Assembly: GCA_051883495.1 (NCBI GenBank)
Contig: JBJETV010000006.1
Span: 2,160 to 66,159, forward strand
Reading direction: 5' to 3'
DNA from: Christensenellales bacterium
GTDB lineage: Bacteria; Bacillota; Clostridia; Christensenellales; UBA1242
DNA length: 64,000 nucleotides
Position 1 is the first letter of the stretch. Each line of letters starts with the position of its first letter. Shown here piece by piece: positions 16,354 through 26,300 of this stretch. Both the position numbers and the translations under genes were made by a program. The notes under the pieces were generated by a model. The model was not told the DNA's origin. It made no database searches and saw nothing but the letters and a program-made list of their open reading frames with translations.

Positions 16354-17049
16354 ATGTTTGTTTGTGTTAGAAAAAAAGTGATAATAATTGCAATTTTAGT
16401 TGTTGTTGCGATGGTGGGGATATTTGGAACATTTTTTGCCGTTAGAGAAGTGGGATATTCGCCTAAGACCAAATACACAGTGGTTATTGATGCAGGACAT
16501 GGAGGTATTGATGGTGGCTGTGTGGGCAAAAATACAGGTGTTTTTGAAAGCGAACTTAATCTTATTTTTGCTCAAAATCTTGCAAAACAGTTGGAAAATT
16601 TGGGAATAAGTGCAAGGCTTACTAGGACAGATGGCAATGGTCTATATGATTCTTCTCAAAAAAATCTTAAAAAAAGTGATATGAAAAAAAGAAAGGAAAT
16701 AATAGAAAGTTGTAGTCCAGAGATGGTTGTTTCCTTGCATATGAACAGTTTTCCGTTGTCCAGTTGCAGTGGTGCTCAAGCCTTTTTCAAAAAGGGAAAT
16801 GAACAAGGAGAAAAGTTTGCACAATGCGTGCAAGATGAATTGGGTGTTCAAATCCCAGATGCAAAAAAACTTGCCAAAGTGGGAGATTATTATATAGTAA
16901 ACTGCACTGATATCCCTTCTGTGCTGGTGGAATGTGGATTTTTGAGTAATCCGCAAGAAGAAGTGTTGCTTCAAACAAAACAATATCAAACAAAACTTTG
17001 CTATGCAATAGCCTGTGGCATTGTAAAATATCTAAACTTCAGTGATTAA
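16354..17049 (+). CDS. cwlD: N-acetylmuramoyl-L-alanine amidase, CwlD-like (germination-specific type)
   Basis: N-terminal TM segment, then VVIDAGHGGIDGGCVG, SLHMNSF and ECGFLSNPQE (amidase_3 signature). The size of about 230 aa is typical of CwlD. Confidence 0.75.
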   Translation: MFVCVRKKVIIIAILVVVAMVGIFGTFFAVREVGYSPKTKYTVVIDAGHGGIDGGCVGKNTGVFESELNLIFAQNLAKQLENLGISARLTRTDGNGLYDSSQKNLKKSDMKKRKEIIESCSPEMVVSLHMNSFPLSSCSGAQAFFKKGNEQGEKFAQCVQDELGVQIPDAKKLAKVGDYYIVNCTDIPSVLVECGFLSNPQEEVLLQTKQYQTKLCYAIACGIVKYLNFSD

Positions 17050-17194
17050 AAATTGTTTTGTATCTTTAATATTTAATTAGTTGAGGACAACAGAAATGTT
17101 AGTCGATTGCAACAAGTTAATTAACAAATTATAAAAATTTTTAACTTTTTATGAAATAATAAAGACAAAATATTATAATTATTGATTCAAAATT

Positions 17195-17226
17195 AAAACT
17201 CTATTGTGTTTGACAATAGAGTTTTT
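17195..17226 (+). terminator. Rho-independent terminator after cwlD
   Basis: AAAACTCTATTGT-gtttg-ACAATAGAGTTTTT, a 13-bp perfect stem. Confidence 0.8.
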
Positions 17227-17238
17227 ACAAATAATTTT

Positions 17239-17294
17239 CTAAATATAATTTACTAAATATAACTTACTAAATATAACTTACTAAACATAACTTT
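17239..17294. repeat. 4 x 14-bp tandem repeat (CTAAATATAACTTA)
   Basis: Units at 17239, 17253, 17267 and 17281. Units 2 and 3 are identical; units 1 and 4 differ by 1-2 nt. Confidence 0.95.
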
Positions 17295-17467
17295 ATAGAA
17301 ACTATTTTATACAATTTTTTATGTAAGATTTATCTTGTGTTTTGATTTATTTTATTAAGTTTTATATTATCGGAAGTTGTCGGCAAACAGCCCAAAGGGA
17401 TACTTGCCAGCAACTGATGATAATTCAAACTGTGATGAAGGAAAAACTTTAGTTTTTACTTGGTTTT

Positions 17468-17507
17468 GTGTAAACAAAACTTAAATTTTGGTGAAAGCAA
17501 AATTTAA
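17468..17507 (-). terminator. Rho-independent terminator of the - strand peptidase gene
   Basis: TTAAATTTTG-gtgaaag-CAAAATTTAA hairpin. On the - strand it is followed by GTTTTGTTT. Confidence 0.5.
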
Positions 17508-17542
17508 CATCACATAGTTTATATTTTGAGTAGTTAAGGTGG

Positions 17543-18274
17543 TCAATCTCGCCTGCTTCTGCCGAGGACAACGATGAGAAAGCGTAAGAAGTTGAGGATA
17601 GACACGACGAGTGCTGCTACATATGTTAGTGCTGCTGCATTGAGGACTTCTTTTGTTTGTCCAAGTTCTTCATCACTCAGTGTTCCTGTTGATTGCAAAA
17701 TGGATATTGCTCTTTTTGATGCGTTAAATTCTACGGGCAAAGTTGCTAGATTAAAAATCACTGCCAAGCCAAAGAAACCAATTCCACTCCAAAGGAAGAT
17801 ATTGCCTATCAAACTGCCATCAGTTGCACCAATGTTTAGTATAAGGCCAATAACAACCAGTGGCCAAAGAAGAGTAGATGCAATGTTTGTAACAGGAACA
17901 AGAAAATGCCTAATTTGATAAGGAAAATATCTTTCCTTTTTTTGCAAGGCATGACCAAGTTCGTGGCAAGCAACACCAAGGCTGGCAACAGATTGAGAGT
18001 CATATACCCCACTTGAAAGGCAAATTTCCTCTTTTCTTGGGTCATAATAGTCAGTAAGTTCGCCAGAAACTTTCTTTACTTCTATATTGCCAAGCCCGCA
18101 AGTTGGTAGCAAACTTCTTAAAAAATCACTTGCTGTTACTTGTTTTTGGCTCATAACTTTGCGATATTTTGAATAAGTAGATGAAACTTTGTGTTGAGCA
18201 TATATTGCAAGTATAATCCCAGGGAGCAATATAATCCCCATCAAATAATATTGCCAATAAGCAGAATAAATCAT
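17543..18274 (-). CDS. Membrane zinc metallopeptidase, YugP-like (Zn_peptidase_2 family)
   Basis: LTDYYDPRKEEICLS...VACHELGHALQ (HExxH), flanked by TM segments. SD AGGAG lies 8 nt before the ATG at 18274; the track start at 18325 has no SD. Confidence 0.8.
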   Translation of the reverse strand: MIYSAYWQYYLMGIILLPGIILAIYAQHKVSSTYSKYRKVMSQKQVTASDFLRSLLPTCGLGNIEVKKVSGELTDYYDPRKEEICLSSGVYDSQSVASLGVACHELGHALQKKERYFPYQIRHFLVPVTNIASTLLWPLVVIGLILNIGATDGSLIGNIFLWSGIGFFGLAVIFNLATLPVEFNASKRAISILQSTGTLSDEELGQTKEVLNAAALTYVAALVVSILNFLRFLIVVLGRSRRD

Positions 18275-18410
18275 AATATTTCTCCTAATTATTGTTATTT
18301 TATCATTTTTTTTGCAAAATAACAATTTATTTTGAATGATTTTTGGATAGTGGGGCTTCTAGATATGTTTTTATAACAATATTACCTTATATCAAATAAA
18401 TTTTCAATTT

Positions 18411-18580
18411 CTTCCTAAATTTTGATTGTATTATCCACTAAATTTCGAATGTATTATCTACTAGATTTTGATTGTCTACTAAATTTAAGATATGATTTCT
18501 ACTAAATTGTAAGATTTACTTTCTATTAAAATTAAAATATATTTCTATTAAAAATAAGATAAATTTTCTACTAAATTTCA
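18411..18580. repeat. About 8 degenerate tandem units of about 22 bp (core CTACTAAATTT..AAGAT)
   Basis: Units begin near 18411, 18435, 18458, 18476, 18499, 18523, 18545 and 18568. The array fills the gap between the 327/331-aa gene and the peptidase gene. Confidence 0.8.
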
Positions 18581-19554
18581 GTTATGTCTGTAATTTTGCC
18601 ATTTTGTATAGAAAAGTGGAATATTTTAGCCGTTTTTATGCTGTTTTGGTCATAGAACAAAGCAACATCTTCTGGGGAAATGTTTTCACCAAGATTTTGA
18701 CCAAAACTGTAAAAGTCGCCAAAAAACAATTCAAGGTGAGTATCGTCCAAAATGTTAGACAAAGGTTGAGAAAGGAATGTCCTAGCAAGAGCAAGGTCTT
18801 TTACTCTTATGGCATCTACAAAGTAATAGGGAATAAGTTTTTCGTCTGAGCAAAATGATGGTTTGTCGCCTGTTTTTACCAGTTTATATTTGCCAGAAAG
18901 ATTTTTTAGCGGATATTCTCCCACTATTCCATGACCACCAGCGGTGTGAAGATTTCTAAATGTTTTGATAGTATTGTTATCCACCTCCAACAAGTCAACA
19001 TTCTCCAGCCTTTTCAATTCAAGAGAGTTGTTTGTGGTGTCAACAATGGCAATGGAATACCTCTTGCTATCGTTTTCTGCCCAAATAAAGATTGTATTTT
19101 TGCTTGCCCTTGCATCTAATGTATTGATGCCTTTTGAAAATTGAAATTGTAAGGTATCGGCACTGTTTTCAATTTTTACAAGACCTGACGAGCCTCGAGA
19201 ATAGTATATGGTGCAGTCGCCTTCTTGCAAGGACAATTTTTTTGTATGCTCTCCCAAAACAGTGTCATAAAGCAAAAATGGCTCTACTTCAAGCAGTAGG
19301 TTGTCGTGGGGATATTTTATTAGTGAGGTGTTTTCGTTTTTAGTAACCACAACCCCCTTTTCAAGATTTGCAACCAAGCAAAAGGGAATGGAGGTCTTGT
19401 TTTTGTTGTCCAACGGATAGAAGTTAATTTTTATATTGTTTTCTTCCAAATTTAGCAAAAAAGAAGTTATTTTGTTTGAAGTTAATTCAAAACTTTCATT
19501 TTTTATTTCCACCAAGGCATCAAATGTTGGTTTGATATGTAGATATTTTTGCAT
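18571..19554 (-). CDS. Hypothetical protein (327 aa; 331 aa if started at 19566)
   Basis: Long ORF with no TM segment and no motif I recognise. GGGAGA lies just upstream of the ATG at 19554; the alternative ATG at 19566 lacks an SD. Confidence 0.6.
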   Translation of the reverse strand: MQKYLHIKPTFDALVEIKNESFELTSNKITSFLLNLEENNIKINFYPLDNKNKTSIPFCLVANLEKGVVVTKNENTSLIKYPHDNLLLEVEPFLLYDTVLGEHTKKLSLQEGDCTIYYSRGSSGLVKIENSADTLQFQFSKGINTLDARASKNTIFIWAENDSKRYSIAIVDTTNNSLELKRLENVDLLEVDNNTIKTFRNLHTAGGHGIVGEYPLKNLSGKYKLVKTGDKPSFCSDEKLIPYYFVDAIRVKDLALARTFLSQPLSNILDDTHLELFFGDFYSFGQNLGENISPEDVALFYDQNSIKTAKIFHFSIQNGKITDITEI

Positions 19555-19698
19555 AGTTTCTCCCATATTTTTTTGTTAATATATCTTTATTTTTTATAAT
19601 ATAAAAGTATGAGTTTGTAGCACAATCACCATGCTTTCGACAAAGTTTTTGCGTTTAGAATTGATTATTTTGGAAATATTTTTTTTGGGGGAAAATAT

Positions 19699-20010
19699 AT
19701 GGAAAAAACTTTGATAGAATTTGCAAAAGCCAAAAGTAAATATGCAAAATCCATTGGCGACCAAGAGATAAATGCTTTGTTTCAGGGGCTGGTGAAGATA
19801 GTAAAAAGATATGCAATAACTCAAGTGCAAGATGAACTAAAAAGAGAGTGTGATATGGCAACGGAGAACTTTCGAACAACAATAGTGGACCTTGGTATAG
19901 CGGAAGAAAGGCTAAAAAAACAGGTAGATAGAACAAGGCATCTAGAAAATATCGTGGCAACACAGCAAAAGAAAATTGCAGACCTGCTAAAAAAACTGGC
20001 TCGCAAATGA
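19699..20010 (+). CDS. Hypothetical small coiled-coil protein (103 aa)
   Basis: GGGGGA SD-like run before the ATG. The sequence is heptad-like and charged (ERLKKQVDRTRHLENIVATQQKKIADLLKKLARK). Divergent from the 18571 gene, upstream of addB. Confidence 0.45.
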   Translation: MEKTLIEFAKAKSKYAKSIGDQEINALFQGLVKIVKRYAITQVQDELKRECDMATENFRTTIVDLGIAEERLKKQVDRTRHLENIVATQQKKIADLLKKLARK

Positions 20011-20073
20011 AAAATAACTTTGTCTTTTGTCGTTTTTTTTGCTAGAATGTAGGGGAATAAAGGATAAAGTGTG

Positions 20074-23000
20074 ATGAAAAAAGATTTTGAGTGTAGTGGT
20101 CAAACTTTTGACGTGGCTACTGACAAGGATAGGACTACAATAATATTTGGCAAAACAAGTGACGACCTTTTGCAACAGACAATAGAACTGGTGGGCAAGG
20201 ATAGTGGGCATAGGATAATAATTGTCCCAGACAGGATGACTGTGGTGTGTGAAAAAAAGATTTTTGAACAACTGGGGATATGCTCTACTTGTGATATAGA
20301 GGTGGTTACTATTTCGAGGTTGTGTAGCAGAATTTTGCCAGATACTGCAGTGATAACCAAAAACACAAGTGTTATGCTTGTGCAAAAAATATTGATAGAA
20401 AATAGAGATAAACTTAAGTATTTTGGCAAGGGCTTGTCTGCTGATTTGGCTGAAACAATTTTTGGAACAATAGCACAATTTAAGAGTTGCAAAGTTTCTC
20501 CAGAAGAAGTTTGCAAGGCAAAGTGTGATGATTTGCTTAGCAACAAATTGGCGGATATTTCTTTGATATATGACGAGTATCAGAAGAATTTGGCAAAACG
20601 TGGGTTGTGTGATAGTTTGGACAGGTTGAATATACTTGAAAATGTTGTCAAAGATAGCGAACTTATTAAGTCATCAAGCATATACATAACCAATTTTGAT
20701 GGGTGGACATATCAGGGCTTTGCAATTTTATCTCAATGCGCCAAAGTGTGCAAAAAATTTTGTGTTGCGCTTACATATCCAGACAACCCATCAAACGAAC
20801 ATATTTATATAAAATCTTTTGCGGAAAATGTGCTTAAAATGCTTCCAAATGCAAAGACAATTTTTGCACCTTCTGTTAGGAATAAAGAGTTTGAATTTTT
20901 ATCAAACAACCTGTTTTCTTTTGCGCCAAATAGCATTAAGGTTGAAAATTCTCCGGTTGTGCTGTTTCAAGGTAAAAATTTCCTTGAAGAATTGCAGTTT
21001 TGCATAGGGGAAATAAGGAGTTTGATAAAAAATGGGGTTGGTTTTGAACAAATATTTGTCGCTATACCCAATTTGCTTAGCAAAAGAGAAATAGTGGAGA
21101 GGGAACTGGCGAAAAATGATATAAATTTCTTTGTGGATTTGCCACAAGATTTTTCCCAAACAATTTTGCCACAATTTGTTGATAGCATATTTGATGTCGT
21201 TCAAGAGAATTTTTCGCAAAAATCAATGTTAAGACTGCTCAAAAATCCATTGTTTGGTGCAAATTTTGATGACGTGGAAGATTTTGAAGATTATATACTT
21301 TGTTATTCGGCTGATGACTTTGCGTCTTTGCAGAGAAATTACGAAACAAGTGAATATTTTGAAGGCTTTAAGAGAACAAGGGAATTGCTTTTTGATGTGA
21401 TGAATCAATTTGTAAAAGATATCACTCATGCTGGCACTTTTGCAGACTTTGTAGCAAGTTACACATCTTTGTTGGAAAGATTGAATTTGCAAGAAAAAAT
21501 AGATAATATGGCACATGATTTTTTTGAAAAGGGAAATCTAAAACAGGCAAAACTATTTGAGCAATATTATTCGGCTTTTTATGATATTATGGAGCAAATA
21601 AAAAACCTTTTGGGCGAAGAAGAGTGCGACCACAAAATGTTTTATTCTACACTAAAAGTGGGACTTGGCAGTGTCAAAATTTCTACGACACCACTTTCTT
21701 GCGATGCTGTCTTTGTAGGCGATTGTAGTTCCAGTTTTTTTGAAGGGCGTGATTTTGGGTTTATATTGTCAGCCAGCGAGGGAAGTTTTCCCAAAAATAT
21801 AACAGATTGTGGGCTGGTTAGTGACCAAGAAATTGGAAAACTGGAAAGCAGTTATAAGTTGGAGCCAACCATTTTTGAACTTAATCAAAAGGAAAGATTT
21901 AAGGCCTTTGAGTTGCTATGCAGACCAAAAGAAAGGTTGTTTTTGTCAAGCAATGTTGGCTCTCCATCATCAAGCATAATAGGGGAAATAAAGAAAATGT
22001 TTGTTGTGGAGAAGGATGGCAAATTTCTCCCCATAGAGCAATATGAATTTAACACTTTGCCACAATCTGTGGCACTTAATTCAAAGCCACTCTGCAAGCA
22101 AATTTTAACACAATCTCTTAGAACATATGCTGATGGCTCATGCGATTTGAATGTCCTTGACTCATCACTTTTTGAAGCCCTTAATAATAACCTTGCAGAA
22201 GGTTATCTGGAAAGATTTAACTTTCAAAACCACCCAAAAATTGAGCAATCACCATTCTTTTTGCAGGATAAAACAAGTATCTCCGAAATAGAGTGCTTTA
22301 TGCTTTGCCCTTATTTACATTTTGTTAGATATGGGCTGAGGCTTGCACCAAAAGAAGAAGGTGTTTTTGATGCACTTAATGTAGGGAATATCCTTCACGA
22401 AGTGGCATGCAACTTGTTAAGAGGCAACAAACTTCCACTGGATAATGCAGTTGTTTTGTCAAAGGTTGACGACATTTTTGATAACATAATTTCAAAAGAC
22501 AAATATCTTTCTTTGCAAGCAAATGGAAAGAATAAGGTTTTGCTAAAAAATTTGTGTGCAGAGTCCAAGAGATTCGCTTTGGCGCTAAATGAACAGGCAA
22601 AAGTTTCGAAGTTCAAGCCAAAATATTTTGAAATGCGATTTGACGACAAGAGCAGAATAAAATCACTAAAAATCAAGGCTGGGGAGAAGATAATTTCTCT
22701 TGTAGGGCAGGTGGATAGAATTGACATATTTGACCAATTCTTTAGGGTAATAGACTACAAAACAGGAGTATGCGACACTTCACTTAAGGAGTTGTTTTTT
22801 GGCAAAAAAGTTCAACTGGAGGCATACATAAAGACAGTGCAATCTTCTCTTCACCTAAAACCAGCGGGAGCATATTATTTGCCAATAAAGGCTGGTTTTG
22901 CAGATGAAAAAACTTCCTTGCAGGCAAAATATTCATTAAAGGGCAGAACTCTTGATGATGTTGATGTCATACTAGCCAGCGACAAAAGGTTTGCAGAGGG

Positions 23001-23313
23001 CGAAAAAAATAGTGATGTGGTAGAAGTGAAATTTGCTCAAAACGACGGGGAGATGATTCATTCGAGATATTCAAAGGTGGTGGGTCAATCTCAACTGGAC
23101 AACCTTGCAAATTATGCCTTTGAACTTATCAAAAAAGCTTGCGAGGATATTTCAAACTGCAATATAGAACCTTGCCCACTTGTATTGCCTGATGACCCTT
23201 GTGCAAGGTGCGAGTATTCAGCCCTGTGCCGATTTGATAAATTTTTTGCAAATGAAAAGCGAACTCCAAGTGTAAATATAGACATTGAAAATTTTGGTGG
23301 AGGTGAAAGATGA
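20074..23313 (+). CDS. addB: Helicase-nuclease complex subunit AddB
   Basis: C-terminal RecB-type nuclease motif RIDIFDQFFRVIDYKTG plus Fe-S cysteines (CFMLCP ... CPLVLPDDPCARCEYSALC). ATGA overlap with addA. ATG at 20074 is preferred over GTG at 20071. Confidence 0.85.
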   Translation: MKKDFECSGQTFDVATDKDRTTIIFGKTSDDLLQQTIELVGKDSGHRIIIVPDRMTVVCEKKIFEQLGICSTCDIEVVTISRLCSRILPDTAVITKNTSVMLVQKILIENRDKLKYFGKGLSADLAETIFGTIAQFKSCKVSPEEVCKAKCDDLLSNKLADISLIYDEYQKNLAKRGLCDSLDRLNILENVVKDSELIKSSSIYITNFDGWTYQGFAILSQCAKVCKKFCVALTYPDNPSNEHIYIKSFAENVLKMLPNAKTIFAPSVRNKEFEFLSNNLFSFAPNSIKVENSPVVLFQGKNFLEELQFCIGEIRSLIKNGVGFEQIFVAIPNLLSKREIVERELAKNDINFFVDLPQDFSQTILPQFVDSIFDVVQENFSQKSMLRLLKNPLFGANFDDVEDFEDYILCYSADDFASLQRNYETSEYFEGFKRTRELLFDVMNQFVKDITHAGTFADFVASYTSLLERLNLQEKIDNMAHDFFEKGNLKQAKLFEQYYSAFYDIMEQIKNLLGEEECDHKMFYSTLKVGLGSVKISTTPLSCDAVFVGDCSSSFFEGRDFGFILSASEGSFPKNITDCGLVSDQEIGKLESSYKLEPTIFELNQKERFKAFELLCRPKERLFLSSNVGSPSSSIIGEIKKMFVVEKDGKFLPIEQYEFNTLPQSVALNSKPLCKQILTQSLRTYADGSCDLNVLDSSLFEALNNNLAEGYLERFNFQNHPKIEQSPFFLQDKTSISEIECFMLCPYLHFVRYGLRLAPKEEGVFDALNVGNILHEVACNLLRGNKLPLDNAVVLSKVDDIFDNIISKDKYLSLQANGKNKVLLKNLCAESKRFALALNEQAKVSKFKPKYFEMRFDDKSRIKSLKIKAGEKIISLVGQVDRIDIFDQFFRVIDYKTGVCDTSLKELFFGKKVQLEAYIKTVQSSLHLKPAGAYYLPIKAGFADEKTSLQAKYSLKGRTLDDVDVILASDKRFAEGEKNSDVVEVKFAQNDGEMIHSRYSKVVGQSQLDNLANYAFELIKKACEDISNCNIEPCPLVLPDDPCARCEYSALCRFDKFFANEKRTPSVNIDIENFGGGER

Positions 23314-26300
23314 AGTGGACAGAAGACCAAGAACAAGTGCTTGTAAACGACAGTGATAATTTGCTTGTATCTGCCTCTGCAGGCAGTGGCAAGACGATGA
23401 CTGTTATTGAAAAAATTGCACGACTTGTAGCAGATGAACATGTAGATATAACCAATCTTTTGGTTATAACATTTACGGAAAGTGCAAGTGCAGAAATGAA
23501 AATTAGGCTGAAAGACACTTTGTCAAAAAGTGCCAAAGACAACAAATTTGTAGCAACTCAACTGGCAAAATTGCCACTGGGAGATATAAGCACAATACAT
23601 GCTTTTTGTGCAAAAATGTTGAGAAAATTTTTCTTTTTGGCAGGCATAAAACCCAATTTTGCAGTGTTGGACGACAATGCTTCCAATTTCCTAAAGGCTA
23701 AGGCTCTTGACAAGACTATAAAGCAATATGCCGAGAGTGAAGATGAAGATTTTGTGTTGTTATCTTCCAGTTTTGGTGGCGGAAGAAAGTTTGAAGGTCT
23801 AAAGACCAGTGTCCTTTCGCTGCAAGATTTTTTGACTGGAATTGTGGATAGGGAAGAATATCTCAAAACGACTGCATTTTGTTGTTATGGCTCAAAAGAT
23901 AACAAGGCGATTCAATTTTTAGATGAATATTTGTTGAGAAATATTAGATTTGTCCATTCTCAACTTCTCTTGTGGCAGGAGCAGGCTAAGGCTCAAAATG
24001 CAATTTATTTTGTAGAATTTTTGCAAAAGGCTGTGGTTCAAATAGTATGTGTAATGCAAGGCAAAGACTTTTGGCAAAGGGTTGTGGCATTGCATAGTAT
24101 CACAATGCCAAGATTATCAAACAAAAAATTGACAGATGACGAACAATCATTTAAGGAAGATTTTAAGTCTTTTTGGGCAGAAGTACAGGCAAAATTAAAA
24201 TCGCTAAAACAATACATACCCCAAAAAACTGAACAAGAAGCCATGGCAGAACTCGAAAAAACAGGCAAGTTGATAGAAAAACTGGTGGAAGTGGAGCAGG
24301 TCTTTGAAAAATATTATGAAGCACAAAAGAACAAACGAAATGGCCTAGATTTTGCCGATTTGGAACGTAAATTTTTAGAAATTTCTAGGCTAGAAGACGT
24401 GCAAAAAACACTTCAATACTCTCATGTTTTTGTAGATGAATATCAAGATATCAACTATGTTCAAGAGGAAATAATTTCTGGACTTATCAAACATGCAAAA
24501 TTGGTTATGGTGGGAGATGTAAAGCAAAGTATTTATGCTTTTAGAAACAGTACCCCAGAGATTTTTGCCTACAAAAGCGCAGATTATATTCAAAACAACC
24601 AACATGGCACACTTAAACTATTGAATGACAACTTTAGAAGTGATGCAACAATTTTGCAGTTTTCAAACGAGATATTTTCCAAGTGTATGACTATGGATTT
24701 TGGTGGCATTGACTACAAAAACTGCGGAATGTTTAGAGGTCTTGCAAAATATGAACATTTATCTCCTTTGCCAGTGGTGGAGGTTGACTTAATAAATACA
24801 AAGCAAGAAGATAGCGAAGAAGAAATAGTCTTGCCAGAAGTTTACTCGATATCTAATGACAAAATGACATATCAAAATGAAATCTCCGAAACAAAATGCG
24901 AAGGACTTTTGATTGCACAAAAAATACTGGATATGCTAAAAAATGGCTATCAAATTTATGACGCAAAACAGCAAAAAGCAACCAAAATTACATTTGGAGA
25001 TATTGCTATTTTGTGTAGAAACAATCAAACTCTAAAACAAATTTCAAAACAACTAAGTGACCTAAAAATTCCTACAAAAATAAATACAAAGGACAATATT
25101 TATCAAAATAAGGACATTGCACCATTGCTTGCATTGCTAAAACTAATAGACAATTCGCATGATGACAATGCGCTTGCAACGGCATTGCTTAGCCCTTTTG
25201 GAAATTTTTCACCAACCGACCTTGCACATATAAGAATAACTCATGGTGAAGAAAAACATTTTTATCAGGCAGTGCGAAATTATGCTCTTGAAATGAAAGA
25301 GATAGCAGACAGAGAAGTTTTGTCATCTAACAACAATCAAGAAGAAACGAATAAAAGTTCAAAAAAAGACATAGACCAAGAGATATCTCAAAAAATAGGC
25401 GATTTTGAAGAACTGCTAAGGCAAATGAGAGAGAGATTGACATATTGTTCCTTGCATGAAATTCTAAATTATTTATGTGATAAATTTGAATATTATGACT
25501 ATCTAACTTGCTTGCCAGACGGCTTTGCTAGAGAAAAAATTGTAAGAGATTTTGTAGAGAGTTTTGAGGGTTCAGACTACAACTATGACCTTGTTGGATT
25601 TTTGGATTTTGTAAAAAATTATGCGTTTGAAGGGAGATTTGCCTCTATGCTATCAACCAGCGACAATGGTGTTACACTAAGCACTATTCATGCAAGCAAA
25701 GGGTTGGAGTATCCCATTGTTTTTGTCGCAGGATGTGGGAATAATTTCCCCACAAAAACATTTAGGGAAGATGTTTTGAAGGATAAAAATTTTGGCTTGG
25801 CAATGCAAAGTTTTGACAGTGAAACTTTTTTTAGGTCAACAAATTATGCTCGAAACTGCATTTTAATAAACAAACGCAGGGCGGAAAAATGTGAGGAAAT
25901 GCGACTGCTGTATGTTGCGCTTACTCGTGCCAAAAATCACTTGATTGTTATTGGTGAAAAGGACGATGAAATCTTTTCTGAAGACAATGCGGAAGGGGCA
26001 AATAACTATCTAAATTGGGTGATGACATATCTAAAACCAGCAGAGCAAAAGGCTATCGCTATGGGCAAAAGGAGTATTTCAAAAAAACTGAATGGTGGGG
26101 AAGTCTTGTTGCAGGTGTTTGATGTGGCAGATTTTCGATTTGACGAGGAAAGATCTAGGCCAATAGTTTTTCCAGAGGCTGACCATAATTTGACCAAGGA
26201 TATAAAAGATAATCTGCTACAAACGATGCCAACGCCTTGCAACATTGCACTTAAAAACTCTGTATCCAGCCTTTTGGCAGAGCATAGTAGCATAGAAGAA

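Noticed and set aside
16209-16529. 106-aa - strand ORF overlapping the cwlD start.
   Set aside because: It is antisense to the well-supported cwlD N-terminus, its C-terminal half is Lys-rich low-complexity sequence derived from the AT-rich spacer, and it has no SD.
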